DNA of 64,000 nt from Lama guanicoe. Taxonomy: Eukaryota. Positions 49,550-60,640 of this stretch are shown here, piece by piece (positions within the stretch are counted from its first letter, which is position 1; each line of letters opens with the position of its first letter). The stretch spans positions 7,908,358 through 7,972,357 of the forward strand of contig MU054187.1 in NCBI GenBank assembly GCA_013239625.1, in the 5' to 3' direction. A program made the translations under genes and the position numbers. The notes under the pieces are model-generated. The model was not told where the DNA came from and searched no databases. It worked only from the letters and a program-made list of their open reading frames with translations.

Positions 49550-50200
49550 GATCCAGGCTCTTTGATAAGTGTTGGGAATATAAAGTCAAAATAAAACCAT
49601 TGTTTATGCAAATAAAAACAAAAACAAAACTAGAAATTGTAGTATGATATAACGTGGACTATCATCAGCATACAGACAGGACATTGAGCAGTAAAGAATC
49701 AATATTAGTTTGAGAGATTATCAAGTATTTCCAATCACTGTGAAACTAGAGCTGTGTTTTGGAAGATGAGTTGAAATCATCAAGAATAACACCTGGTGGG
49801 AGAGGCAGGGGGACACTGGAGGCATTTAGACGTGCATGGGCAAATGCACAGAGAAACAAAGCACAGCTGTTGGGGAAACTAGATGCTCACAGGATGAAGG
49901 GTCTGTTTGGATGAAGGGCAAATGAAGGGCTGAGATGCTAGGGAGGAATAAGATCATTGAGAGTCTTGTCTAGCGAGCTAAGAGTTTGATTTTTACTGAA
50001 ACCTATAAAAAGACACTAACAGGTCCTATCGGGGAGAACAGTATGGATTAGAAAAGTGAGATGAGGATGAGGCTAACGTCAGAAAATACAGAAAGAACGC
50101 TTTTGCATTAATCAAGGATACCAATGGTGAGATCCTAAAATAAGGCACTGATTGTAGGGATTGGGAAAAAGGAAATTAAGTTCCCACTCTATTAAGGAAA
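49550..50200 (-). mobile_element. L2 fragment, decayed
   Basis: 'tagagctgtgttttggaagatgagttgaaat', 'gagtcttgtctagcgagctaagagtttgatttttact'. Confidence 0.55.
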
Positions 50201-50499
50201 ATGGGCAATGCAAGGCGAGTGCTCTGGAGAGACGTAGATTACATCAACCGGCAGGCACTGAGCGGGCAAGCGGGTTACCCTGTAGGTCCACGTTGTGCCT
50301 GGTCAGGAAACAAAGAGGTGCAATCACAACACTTAACCAGGTCCCCGGCCCAGCTCTAGACTTCCACCAACTTCGATTCTTCCTGAGTCCCAGTCCTTTT
50401 ACGCTTTGGGCTCTCCAGTCCTGATTTCTGCCATAATAAGCTCCTGGATCTTCATTTTCCCTTTAACCTTTACACTTCCTGTTGCTCCATAACAAGTGG

Positions 50500-50620
50500 T
50501 GTGTGATAGAAGAAAGAGCAGTGGTGGAGGCCTTACGCCTGTGGCAAGATTAGCCACTAACCAGCTGTCTGACCTTCAACAAGTCTCATCCTCTCCAGAA
50601 CATTAGCGTTTTCATCACAG
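50500..50620 (+). mobile_element. MIR SINE fragment
   Basis: 'gccactaaccagctgtctgaccttcaacaagtctcatcctctc'. Confidence 0.55.
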
Positions 50621-50699
50621 AGCTATTTGTCATTATGAGAAATTAGAAACTTTCAGAATGCCTAATAATATGTGATCAATTAAATAAAAAAATTAATCA

Positions 50700-50960
50700 T
50701 AAATTATATGTTATAATGCTGCATCAAAAGCCATGCTTTTAGAATATTTAATAATACAGAAAGTGTGCATGGCATAGTCTTACATAAATAGAAAGCATAT
50801 GAAATATATTACAAAAAAAACATTGAAAAGATATTTCACAAGATGATGCTTATACCTGTGAGAAGTGACTATGGGTAATTTTTATTTTCCTCTTTGTATG
50901 TTTTTGATACTTTTAATATTTCCTATAACAAAAATAGGTCAACTTTATAATCACCAGAAA
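50700..50960 (+). mobile_element. Old LINE-1 (L1ME) 3' end
   Basis: 'gactatgggtaatttttattttcctctttgtatgttt...tttcctataac...aactttataatcaccagaaaa'. Confidence 0.6.
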
Positions 50961-51023
50961 AGTAATTAAAATAATCTATGGTTTTCTCATCCCAAAGAAC
51001 AATTTCAAGTAGAGTAGAAATCT

Positions 51024-51078
51024 GATCAGGGTGTATTCAGCCGCAAGTACCAGAAAACTCAATTAAAAGTGCCTTAGC
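51024..51078 (-). mobile_element. LTR33-like ERVL LTR, left piece
   Basis: 'tcagggtgtattcagccgcaagtaccagaaaactcaattaaaagtgccttagc' matches the recalled antisense LTR33 end. It continues at ~52800. Confidence 0.55.
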
Positions 51079-51084
51079 TTTTCA

Positions 51085-52800
51085 CTTCACTCAGGGTAAA
51101 GACAGCTGCAGGATAGCGTTGCTTCCATTCTAACAGTGAGAATGACCCAGATAACCTCTACAGTCATAGCTTTGGCTTTTTGTTTGCTTTTAATCATCAC
51201 AGGTCTTGGGATGCAAAAACAAAAACCTGAGGAACTGACATCTAGAGAGTGACAAGCTCTTCCTGGAGAAAAGAGACCCAGAACCACTTTCATTCTTGGA
51301 GGAGCAGTGAGAGGAGAAAGACAGGACTAAAGAAAATTCACTGAAAGTTTTAGAAATCGTTAAGGCTTACATGAACAGACACGACAGTTTAGAATTCAGT
51401 GAGCAGTAGCCACATGTGGAATGTGCACCCACTGCCCGACTCCTTCCCACAGGCCCTCCTTGAGATACTCACACAGGACACTGAGTAGGGCCGAGGGCCG
51501 AATGAAGGTGAGGGTAGCAGACAGTCCCATCCCCCAGAGAGTATGAACCAGTGGCTGCCTACGGCTGGGCGGAGGCAGAATTGCTGGGAGGGACCACCTC
51601 CTGATGGCCAAGCACGCAGGGCCAGTCAAAGCTGGGAGCAGGGCCAAAGGACGGAGAAAAACCCCTCACAGGTGCTCCAGACCTTCACCAAATCTACCCC
51701 ATCAGCCCCCAAAACTGGGTACATGGAAGCAGGGTAGAAAAAAGTCTTCCAAGGCTCAGAAAGCTGGAGGTGGAATACAAAGCAAAGAGGTGTCCAGGGT
51801 CCCCCGGGGGCTTAGATGTCCAGCCCTGCTGAAGGCAATGTCCTGATGTTGATCTCAAATCATTTAAAGTCAGTTTTTTTTTTATTGAAGTATAGTCAAT
51901 TACAATGTATCAGTCTCTGGTGTACAGCACAATGTCCCAGTCATGCATATACATACATATATTAATTTTTGTATTTTAAAGTCAGTGGTAAATTGAATCA
52001 ACAACAGTCTCAGCTCATCTATAAATTAGATTGACTCAGCTTCCCAACTGTAGTAGCCTAAGAGAACAATAAGCCTGCTTTCCTCTGGGTTTTAGTGTTA
52101 TTTGCTTCAATTTCTACTATTCTTTTAGATGCAATTTCTCACATACAATTAAAAAAATGATGGCACATATTAAGAAGCAAGAAAATGTGATCAGTCAATA
52201 GAAACAGATCTAAAAATAGAATAAAGATTGGAATTCTCAGATAAGGACTTTAAAATAATTATGATGACTGTGTTAAATGTGTTAAATGAAAGTGGAAAAA
52301 GTGGATAATATAAGTAAACAGAGAGGATGTTTTTTCGGAGTGCTGGAAATCATTCTTTTAAAGAGCCAAACAGAAAAAGTAGAAATAAAAACCATAATAC
52401 CAGAAATGAAGGATCCATTTGATGTCTTCACCAGTAGATCAGACACAGAATAGAAAGAATAAGTGAACTTGAAAACAAGTTGATAGAAAAAAATCCAAGC
52501 TGAAACAAAAAGAGAAAAACAACATAGAACAGAGTGTCTAAACTCTGTGGGATGATAGCAAACAATGTAACAAGTGAATAATTGAAGTCACAAAAAAAGA
52601 GAAGAAAGACATTGGGCTAAAAAGGAAATTTGAAAAGATAATAGCCAAGAATTTGCCAAAGTTGGTAAAATAGATCCACCAAAACTCACAACAAATATAT
52701 CTACCTGTAAACAACCCCCAAGTAGGCTAAACACCAAGAAAATTGCACCTAGGCACATGTAATGAAACTGCTGAAAGATGACATTAAAAAAAACATACAC
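51085..52800 (+). mobile_element. Old LINE-1 (L1M) 5' UTR/ORF1 region
   Basis: ORF1-like A-rich sequence: 'ttggaattctcagataaggactttaaaataattatg', 'ccagaaatgaaggatccatttgatg...cagtagatcagacacagaatagaaagaataagtgaacttgaaaac', 'gcacctaggcacatgtaatgaaactgctgaaa'. Preceded by a GC-richer 5' UTR-like part. Confidence 0.75.
51875..51974 (-). mobile_element. Young camelid-type LINE-1 3' tail, 100 bp, with 12-bp TSD
   Basis: poly(T) followed by 'attgaagtatagtcaattacaatgtatcagtctctggtgtacagcacaatgtcccagtcatgcatatacatacatatatt'. Flanked by identical 'tttaaagtcagt' at 51863-51874 and 51975-51986. Confidence 0.88.
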
Positions 52801-53285
52801 AGAAAAGAAAAGTATTATCACACATCAAAAAATGTCTGGAGACACAGTAGTTCTAGAATTGACTAGTTCAGTATCTCACCCAAGACAAGAACCCAGAGTC
52901 TTTCCATCTTTCGTTTTTGCCTTATTTAACAAACAGTTTGCTCCCCTTGTGATCAAAGATGTTTACAAAGGCACCAGAGCACATCATTGCACACGTCCAA
53001 ACAGCAGAAGACAGACAAGGTCTTTTTCTTATTTCCCTTCTTAAGAGTAATAAAGCCGACCTAGAAACTTCTTGGAAGACTGGCTCTTCCAGCTAGAATT
53101 GTACCATATGTTCACTCCTAATCACCAGCCCAAAACAAATAATTGATTGGCTTAGTCTAATTAATATGTACTGTTAAAGCATCTCCTCAAGTTTGTGGCC
53201 CTGAATACCTTTGCCAAAGCCAGACTTCTTTTAGCAAAGAAGTAAAGGCAGAATATGTTGTTGAATAGAAAATCAGGAGTTTTTA
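52800..53285 (-). mobile_element. LTR33-like ERVL LTR, right piece
   Basis: 'caagaacccagagtctttccatcttt', 'ccagctagaattgtaccatatgttcactcctaatcacc', 'gattggcttagtctaa', 'ttttagcaaagaagtaaaggcagaatatgttgttgaatag'. Confidence 0.6.
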
Positions 53286-53559
53286 GCATTTATTAAAATG
53301 AAAATTACAGATTCAGTAGGAAAACTTTTCATATTTTAACACAGAAAGGATGAATATACTCTAAAGTCTTAACAATTGTATTACTAACGATTTCACCACG
53401 TCTTTGAGCAATTCATATCACTACGATTATTCTTATATTCTTGCATTTCATTCTGCAATCTCTGGGTGAGGCAGATACTGAAGAAGCACTGTTTCTGTTC
53501 TCAGAGTTTGCTCTGTAGGGAAGACAGACCTAAAACAAACGAGTGCCACTAGAAGACAC

Positions 53560-53770
53560 GACAGCAGAGTGTGGATCCAGCTTCAGCTCGGATCCGTGCT
53601 CTTACGAGCTAAATCACCTTGACCGTTTACCCAAACTGTCTAAATCCTGGGATCTGTGTCAGCAAAAGGAGCTAGGATGCATCATCCTCATATAATTGTG
53701 GTGAATTTTAAATAGATAATCCATGAAGTGATTAGCAAAAGTGTTCAATAAACATTAGCTCTCATTACTA
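53560..53770 (+). mobile_element. MIR SINE
   Basis: 'cctcatataattgtggtgaattttaaatagataatccatgaagtgattagc...gttcaataaacattagct'. Confidence 0.7.
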
Positions 53771-53799
53771 TTCTTTATTAATGTGTTTACAGAGTTTAG

Positions 53800-54350
53800 T
53801 AGATGTGCATAGAAAACAATAAGAAAGTCAACATGGAAATGGTAACGCTTAATTATGTCTGGATATGTGAGCTGCTCACCTATCCTAGAAAGGACTGTGA
53901 TAGTGATGAAAGGGATTTCTAGAGGAATGACCAGGATGGAAAAAGTTACCGAAGCATGAAAAAATGATGGGATAGAGCTCCTAGAAAAGCAAATAAACCC
54001 GAGAGCAGGCTTTATGAGTGGAGCTTAGGGCTGGGAGATGAAGATGTGAAAGAACATAACTATGACATCAGACTCTAATCTCTGGGCGAGAGGGATCACT
54101 AAAGGTGTTTTTTAAAAAGGTAGTAACATTTGCCATTTCCAAAGATGATGGCTACAGTGAGTTCAGACAGACGCTGGGAAAGAGAGAGGCCAGTGAGTGT
54201 TTGTGCCAGAGAGACACCATGACCCAAAAGACTTGCAATAATCCACTTGAGAAGCCAGGAAGCCCTGAACTGAGGCTGTTAGAAAAGTAGGGAAAACAGA
54301 TATGAGATATGTTTGGGAAAAGCTTAATTTTTAGGAGAAAGGTCAGTTTG
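53800..54350 (-). mobile_element. L2 fragment, decayed
   Basis: 'gggatcactaaaggtgttttttaaaaaggtagtaacatttgcc', 'agatatgagatatgtttggg'. Confidence 0.5.
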
Positions 54351-55369
54351 AACGCTATAAAGTTTGAAATTTAAGATAAAAAAGTTGAAATGTTGTTGAA
54401 AGACTTTCAACTACAGACAGTAACACAGAAATACTAGTAAATAAAATGTTGTAGACATCCTGCAAAGTGTTTGGATTATTAGAATGAACATTTGAAAAAT
54501 TATTATTTGTGGCTAGTAGTGTTATTAAGCTACTTACAACCAGACTGAATGTTTAAGCGAGATAAATATTTCTTTCCAGAGGAGTGGAACAATTTTCTTT
54601 ACTTTATTAACTTAGGAAGTCTTTTCTTTTTAAGACATGTGTTATATCAAAGTCCAATCCATTTCTGGTTGAACTGTTATAAATTGTAAATTAGCAGATT
54701 GTAAAGTAAAAAGATGTTAAAATATCTAGTCTATGTCTATTGCTTAAATTTAAATTTCTCTCTTACTTGTTTCTTTTTGGAGATAAAATGAAACTGCTTA
54801 AACCCTACCTTTAGGATGCGGTTCTAATGGAGAGTACATGTGCATGTCTTCTTGATTCACCACTTAAATTATAAGTGAATTAACATATCCTCTTGGACAA
54901 ATCTCTTTCCCCATTAATCCTAGTGTTTTGACAATACCCTGAATCCCTTTTTCAAGTCTTTTCCCATCATTTTAGAGCAGTCTGTCAGAGTTATTCATTA
55001 ATCCTCACTGTATAGGAAGTAAAGCAGTCATCAGCTTTATTCCCATTTCACAGATAATTTATTTATTTAGGCAAAATTCTCTAACACATCATGCCATTCA
55101 GCAGTGATTTTTTTATACAAATCTTATTACATGTATTCTTGGCTGTCAGTCATAAAAATGGGAAACTTCTCTGCTTTCTATGCTTTTCTGCAACTCAGTT
55201 AAAAACACTTGAGGCTATAACCTGAAATTTAGAACTTTGTTGGTGATTTAGTTACATTTATCAAGTGTTGCGCAATACCATATTACATTTTTTAATATTA
55301 TAATAGTTCAATCTTTTTTATTAAAGGATTATATTCTAGTGACCATTTTGCCTTTGGGAATCCAAGGAG

Positions 55370-55580
55370 TATGAAAGGCAGTGTGGACCAGTTAGAAATG
55401 TGTTTAAACCAGTAGCAGGGACCATTCTCAGCTCAGCCACTGCTGCACTTCTTTGGACAGTTCATTGAGAGCTTTCTGCATCCATGTGCACATCCCTAAA
55501 CTGGAAATCGTGGTCCCTGGGTCTATGTTATTCACAGGATGCTGTGTGAATGGACTCAATAATTTATCTGCAGAAAATGA
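55370..55580 (+). mobile_element. MIR SINE, decayed
   Basis: 'gaaaggcagtgtggacc...ctcagccactgc...ttcacaggatgctgtgtgaatggac'. Confidence 0.5.
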
Positions 55581-55724
55581 ATGAAAAGAAAAAAAAAAGA
55601 TTCCTATTTTGTAACCACGATACAGAGGATATCCTATAGAACTTCTACTGGTTTTTATATTAAATGAAGACTAATTTCTGAATCTCTTTTTTTTTCCCCA
55701 ATACTTTACAATTCTAATTCCTTT

Positions 55725-55790
55725 GATTAACCGGTTTCTGATCCTTGCAAAATGCTTGGATTAGCTGGTTTCTGATCCCTGCAAAATGCT
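55725..55790. repeat. Tandem duplication, 34-bp period, two copies
   Basis: gattaaccggtttctgatccttgcaaaatgct (55725) vs gattagctggtttctgatccctgcaaaatgct (55759): 29 of 32 identical. Confidence 0.9.
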
Positions 55791-56759
55791 CTAGGTAGCA
55801 ACAGAATTTCTTTCAGCTGCTACAGTTTCTTTTGTGTTCATATACTGCAAAGCTCATGCTATCTGTTAGAGATGAAGTAATTAAATGTGCCTGTTAGATA
55901 CTTGTATCTGGAAGTACAAATAAACTACGAGTAACTTCCCTCTGACAACTGCGGTCATTTAGAATGCCTCCTCAACTCTCCACCAGAAAGGCCATTCTAC
56001 GATTCAAAACCAACTATATAAAATACTAAATGATTTGGAAGTCAGATTCTCTGCACTAATTTAAACACCAGTATAATAACCAAATTAAAATACGAGCAAA
56101 CTACAAGATGAATATATGTATTTATTTACACAGTTTGCAGATAGTGGAACTTTGGAACTTTGGTAAGAGCTCTTACATATTTCAGGATTCTGATCTTTAC
56201 ATTCTAATCTGAGGTTCTAGTTGGTCACATACCCTTGGTACTTTGGAGCTATCGCCAGGGCTGTAACATGAGCCTGGTGTCTGCATGATAGTACTGATTT
56301 TAAAAGCCTGAAACTCTGGTTACCCAGGCTTCAAACCTATCCTATCTTTAAAGACATTAACAGCATATTAATTTACAGTCTGCTTTTCTTTTATCTGTGA
56401 ACACTGCATCTTCCGTCATCCAGGCAGGACCCCAGGATCCTGGCACATTATGTATACAAGAGTGTAAATGCCCATTTGGCCAAAGCAGAGCTGCCCTTGG
56501 AATCCACATCTCTGGCCACGGTTGTGTTTATCCTTGGTATCTGGTTTCAGTTATCTTTTTGTTCCATTTTGGGCTGTGATCCATTCATTTCATTGACTGA
56601 GTGTGCCATTGTAGAAAGGTGCACAGGGCCATGACGAGGTGGCACAAGGTGGCCAGGCTCAGCCTCATTCCTAGCCCTGTGGCACTTAATTACTTCACTT
56701 TGCTTGCCAACTATTCCTTGGCATCTAATTTCATTTGAGGACTTGCCTAAGCATTTAAT

Positions 56760-57650
56760 TGAACTTGGAAAACTCCTTTCAAATATTTATACACACTTTC
56801 TCCTTCTCTGCCTGACCCATCATCAATTCTGCACCACAGTTTAGATCAGATCCACTTTCTTTTTTTCCAAAATACTGTCCATTCCTCTTTTTTCTATTAA
56901 GTAGATTGCCTCAAACCCTAAATCCTAATAAGTCTTTATTTTTTTAAAAACGTAGTTTGCCCTCCTTTTGTTCTAAACCCTTTCTTGCCTCATTATAGCA
57001 AAAGGATTTTATATTTTCTCTGTCCACAAAGTTTTTATTGCACTCTTACTGATAATTTCTTTTGTATAAAAATAGGCAGCACAAAGAAAATTACAATGGA
57101 TTCCTTTTACCTGAAGGCACATAAACTTCAAATTCTCGCCTCTGGCCACAACTCCACCTGCTCAGGTCTTTTACTCTCTAAGTCACATCTAACATGCACT
57201 TGACTTTCATCAGCATCACAGTTTCATGACTACTCTTACTTCTCTTCTCAGTCCATCTGTGTTCTTCTGGTTTTATGTCCTTCTGAAGCTACTCTCAGCT
57301 GCATAGGTCATCATTTTATCTAGCCTTTTGTTGGTGCCTTCCAGCCCATGTCAGCCCCGTCACCACCACCATTTAAATCTCAGTGCTGGAACAATCCAAT
57401 CATCTCCCTTCTTCACTCTGATACAAATGCACACAGTGCTAAGGGAAAGTACAACAAGCCATACTTCTCTCTCTACATATGGTTTCCAACTCCCTTTAGA
57501 ATTGCAATGTTGTTCATCTCTATTTTCCTTCACCCTTCATCTTTTACCTCACTTGTTGTTCCCATCTACCTTGTCCAGACATTGTTCAAACTCCCTAAAC
57601 CACAGAACCAATATTTTCAATTATACTTTGAGCTGGAGATTTTTCCCCTA
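56760..57650 (+). mobile_element. Probable L2 internal (ORF2) remnant
   Basis: C/T-rich sense-strand composition with L2-like phrases ('atccaatcatctcccttctt', 'cagtgctaagggaaagtacaacaa', 'cattgttcaaactcc'). Confidence 0.4.
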
Positions 57651-57689
57651 CTAATCCTCCAATCCTTATGTTTGCAATTCATAAGTAAT

Positions 57690-58105
57690 GACGTTATTCA
57701 CAACACCTGTAGCATTTTAAACAGTGTGGTACCAGTGCAGACTTTGGCAAACCAAATAAATATAATAGACAATCTAGAAATAAATTAATATGTGATAAGA
57801 AAATATTCAAGTTGGTGGGAGAATAGATTATGAAAAAGTAATATTAGAACAACTGGTTAATCATTTGGGAAAAAGTAAAATGGGGTCTCTGTATCATTTC
57901 TTACATCTAATTAACAAGAATAACAAGAATATAAATGGTAATAATTCTTTTTGTATCAATGAAGTAATGAATTTATTCACAGAAAGCAATGCTTAAAATA
58001 TTTATAAACTGGCTTTAAGGAAAGCCTTTCTAACCATGTCACAAAAATTAGAAACAATAAAAGAAAAAGTGGTCAGATTTGAGTATATCAAAGATCTGTT
58101 TTGCA
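57690..58105 (+). mobile_element. Old LINE-1 (L1M) ORF2 fragment; resumes at ~59040-59400
   Basis: 'tagaacaactggttaatcatttgggaaaaagtaaaatgg', 'aggaaagcctttctaaccatgtcacaaaaattagaaacaataaaagaaaa'. Confidence 0.65.
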
Positions 58106-59030
58106 CAACCCAATCAAAAAATGTGCAGAGGACCTAAATAGACATTTCTCTAAAAAAGACATACATATGACCAACAAGCACATGGAAAGATGCTAGAGAA
58201 AAGCAAAACTACAATGAGGTATCACCTCACACCAGCCAGACTGGCCATCATTAGAAAGCCTATGAATAATAAATGCAGGAGAGGGTAGAGAGAGCAGGGA
58301 ATCCACCTACACTGTTGGTGGGAATGGAAATTGGTGCAGCCACTATGGAGAACAGCATGGAGGTTCTTTAAGAACTAGAAATGAAGTTACCATATGATCC
58401 AGCAATCCCACTCCTGGGCATAAAACTGCAAAAGATAAAAACTCTGATTTGAAAAGATACTTGCACCCCAATGTTCATAGCAGTGCTATTCACAATGGCC
58501 AAGACATGGGAGCAACCTAAATGTCCATGAACAGAGGACTGGATAAAGAAGTTGTGGTATATATATATACAATGGAATATTACTCAGCTATAAAGAAGAA
58601 TGAAATATTGCCATTTCCAGCAACATGAGTAGACCCAGAGATGATCATACTAAATGAAATAAGTCAGACAGAGACAGACAAATATTACACAATATCACTC
58701 ATATGCAGAATCTTAAAAATAATACAAATGAACTTATTTACAAAACAGAAACAGATTCACAAACATAGAAAACAAAATTATGTTTACCAAAGGGGAATGG
58801 GGTTGGAGGGGAATTCCCAAAGGTAAATTAGGTGTATGGGATTAACAGATACACACTACTATGTATACAATAGATAAACAGCAAGGATTCACTGTATAGC
58901 ATAGAGAACTAGATTCAGTATCTTGCAATAACCTATAATGGACAAGACTGAAAAAAAAATTAACCAAATCACCTTGTTGTATACCTGAAAGTAGCATAAT
59001 ATTGTCAATCAACTATACGTCAATAAAAAT
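58106..59030 (+). mobile_element. Artiodactyl-type LINE-1 3' ~925 bp (ORF2 end plus 3' UTR), 5'-truncated, with TSD
   Basis: Well preserved: 'ctacaatgaggtatcacctcacaccagccag', 'ccatatgatccagcaatcccactcctgggcata', 'gggattaacagatacacactactat', ending 'caactatacgtcaataaaaat'. 'tgttttgca' is duplicated at 58097-58105 and 59031-59039. Confidence 0.92.
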
Positions 59031-59479
59031 TGTTTTGCAAACTAAGACAAACAATAAAAAGCAAGCAAACAAAACAAAACAAAAAATAAGATAACACAAT
59101 GATATTATCGAAGCAATATTTATAATAATGAAAAATTAAATACAGTCTATATTTTATCAATATGGCTATAAGCCATTTAATTAAACTAATTAAATAATAG
59201 TGTATACCTATTATAAAATGCTATCTTAAAATTAAAACTAAAGTTGTAGTATATAATGTAGTTTATAATAACATGGAAAGGTAACCACAGCATATTATTG
59301 TCAGTGAAACACAAGGGTACAATGCAGCATTCTATAGATCAGTGTATGTATGTGTGCACAGATATATATGTGTGGTGAGAGAATGCAGATTATGTTACTT
59401 TCTATAACGGGAAGGTTGAAAGAACCTAGATTGTTGAGTTAATATAATATTTCACCCTCTACAATTAACATATTTTATG

Positions 59480-59640
59480 TGACAGACACTACTCCAGGCA
59501 ATTAAAAATACAACTTTCCCCATTTTATAGGCTGGAAACAGTCTTAAGAAAGTGTGAGCAACTTGCCCTGAATAAGGAGGTGGGACAGTGATGAGACCAG
59601 AACCTTATTCTTAGTCATGAGAGCGGGTCCTGAAGAAAAG
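59480..59640 (-). mobile_element. MIR SINE
   Basis: 'ccccattttataggctggaaacagtcttaagaaagtgtgagcaacttgccc'. Confidence 0.65.
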
Positions 59641-60323
59641 AGATGAAGTTCAATCAGACCAGTTTTTTTCTGTCTCTACTAAGACAGAAGGGAAACAACT
59701 GAAATTAACAGACATGTGTAGGTATTATAATCTTTTCTTCTTTCTCTTTTTTTTTCCTTTTTTGCCATAAAGAAAAACTGATAGTGAAGTATGGTGACAG
59801 GTACCCAACAAAGTACCTTCCACTGATTTATCTGCAGTGATGCCAAAATGGCACACAGCTGGTGTGCTTCCCAAGGAGGACGTGTGGGTTTAACACAGGT
59901 GCATGAGATAGATGCATAGAGCCTGACACCCAGGAGACAGGTAACAGCCATCTCGGCTGTTGGAGAACAGCTATTGGAAAAGGTACTTTCTTCTTCAGCT
60001 TGTGATTCATTTCCACCAACCTCATCTCAGCCCCCTGCCCTGCAAAGATGAGCTTGATTCCTACAAGGGTTCTAAGCAGGGTGGGGAGAGATGGAGTGGA
60101 GGTGGTTGCTGCTCACTTCCAAAGCAGAGGAAAAGCAAGATTACTGATAGTCTTTATCCAGGTGACTTTGCAAGCTTGAGGAAGAGGTGGCTTACTGAAG
60201 AATTTCAGCTACAGTCCAAAGTTTAATTAAAAGAAATGGGAATTCAAACAAAATCTAGAACTATTGAATTGAAGCCAAATATTACTAATGACACAAATAG
60301 AATATTCAAAATAAATCTGAAAT

Positions 60324-60518
60324 AGATAAACAACAAGGTCTTCTGTAGAGCACAGGGAACTGTATTCACTATCTTGTAATAGCCTATAATGAAAAAGAAT
60401 CTGCAAAGGAATATATATGTGTATATATATATTTATACATATAACTGAATCACTGTGGTGTACACCAGAAATTAACACAACATTGTAAACTGACTATATT
60501 TTAATTTTTAAAAAAAGC
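60324..60518 (+). mobile_element. Young LINE-1 3' tail (artiodactyl/camelid type) with 15-bp TSD
   Basis: 'agataaacaacaaggtcttctgtagagcacagggaactgtattc...ataactgaatcactgtggtgtacaccagaaattaacacaacattgtaaactgactat' plus an A-tail. 'aaataaatctgaaat' is repeated at 60309-60323 and 60519-60533. Confidence 0.92.
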
Positions 60519-60549
60519 AAATAAATCTGAAATGGCAAAGGGGGAAAGA

Positions 60550-60640
60550 ACTTAATATTTATTAAAAACTCACTGTGTTTTACGCAACTAGGTGCTTTAT
60601 ATACATTATGTGACATTTTAATCCTCACGGCAGAGTTTAC
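60550..60640 (-). mobile_element. MIR SINE fragment
   Basis: 'atatttattaaaaactcactgtg...aactaggtgctttatatacattatgtgacattttaatcctcac'. Confidence 0.65.

Noticed and set aside
49174..49647. Longest ORF (157 aa)
   Set aside because: Non-ATG start, lies across a solo LTR, and resembles no protein I know; a chance frame.
57328..57788. Overlapping 108-aa and 146-aa ORFs
   Set aside because: Overlap probable L2/L1 remnants; no recognisable RT or other domain remains.
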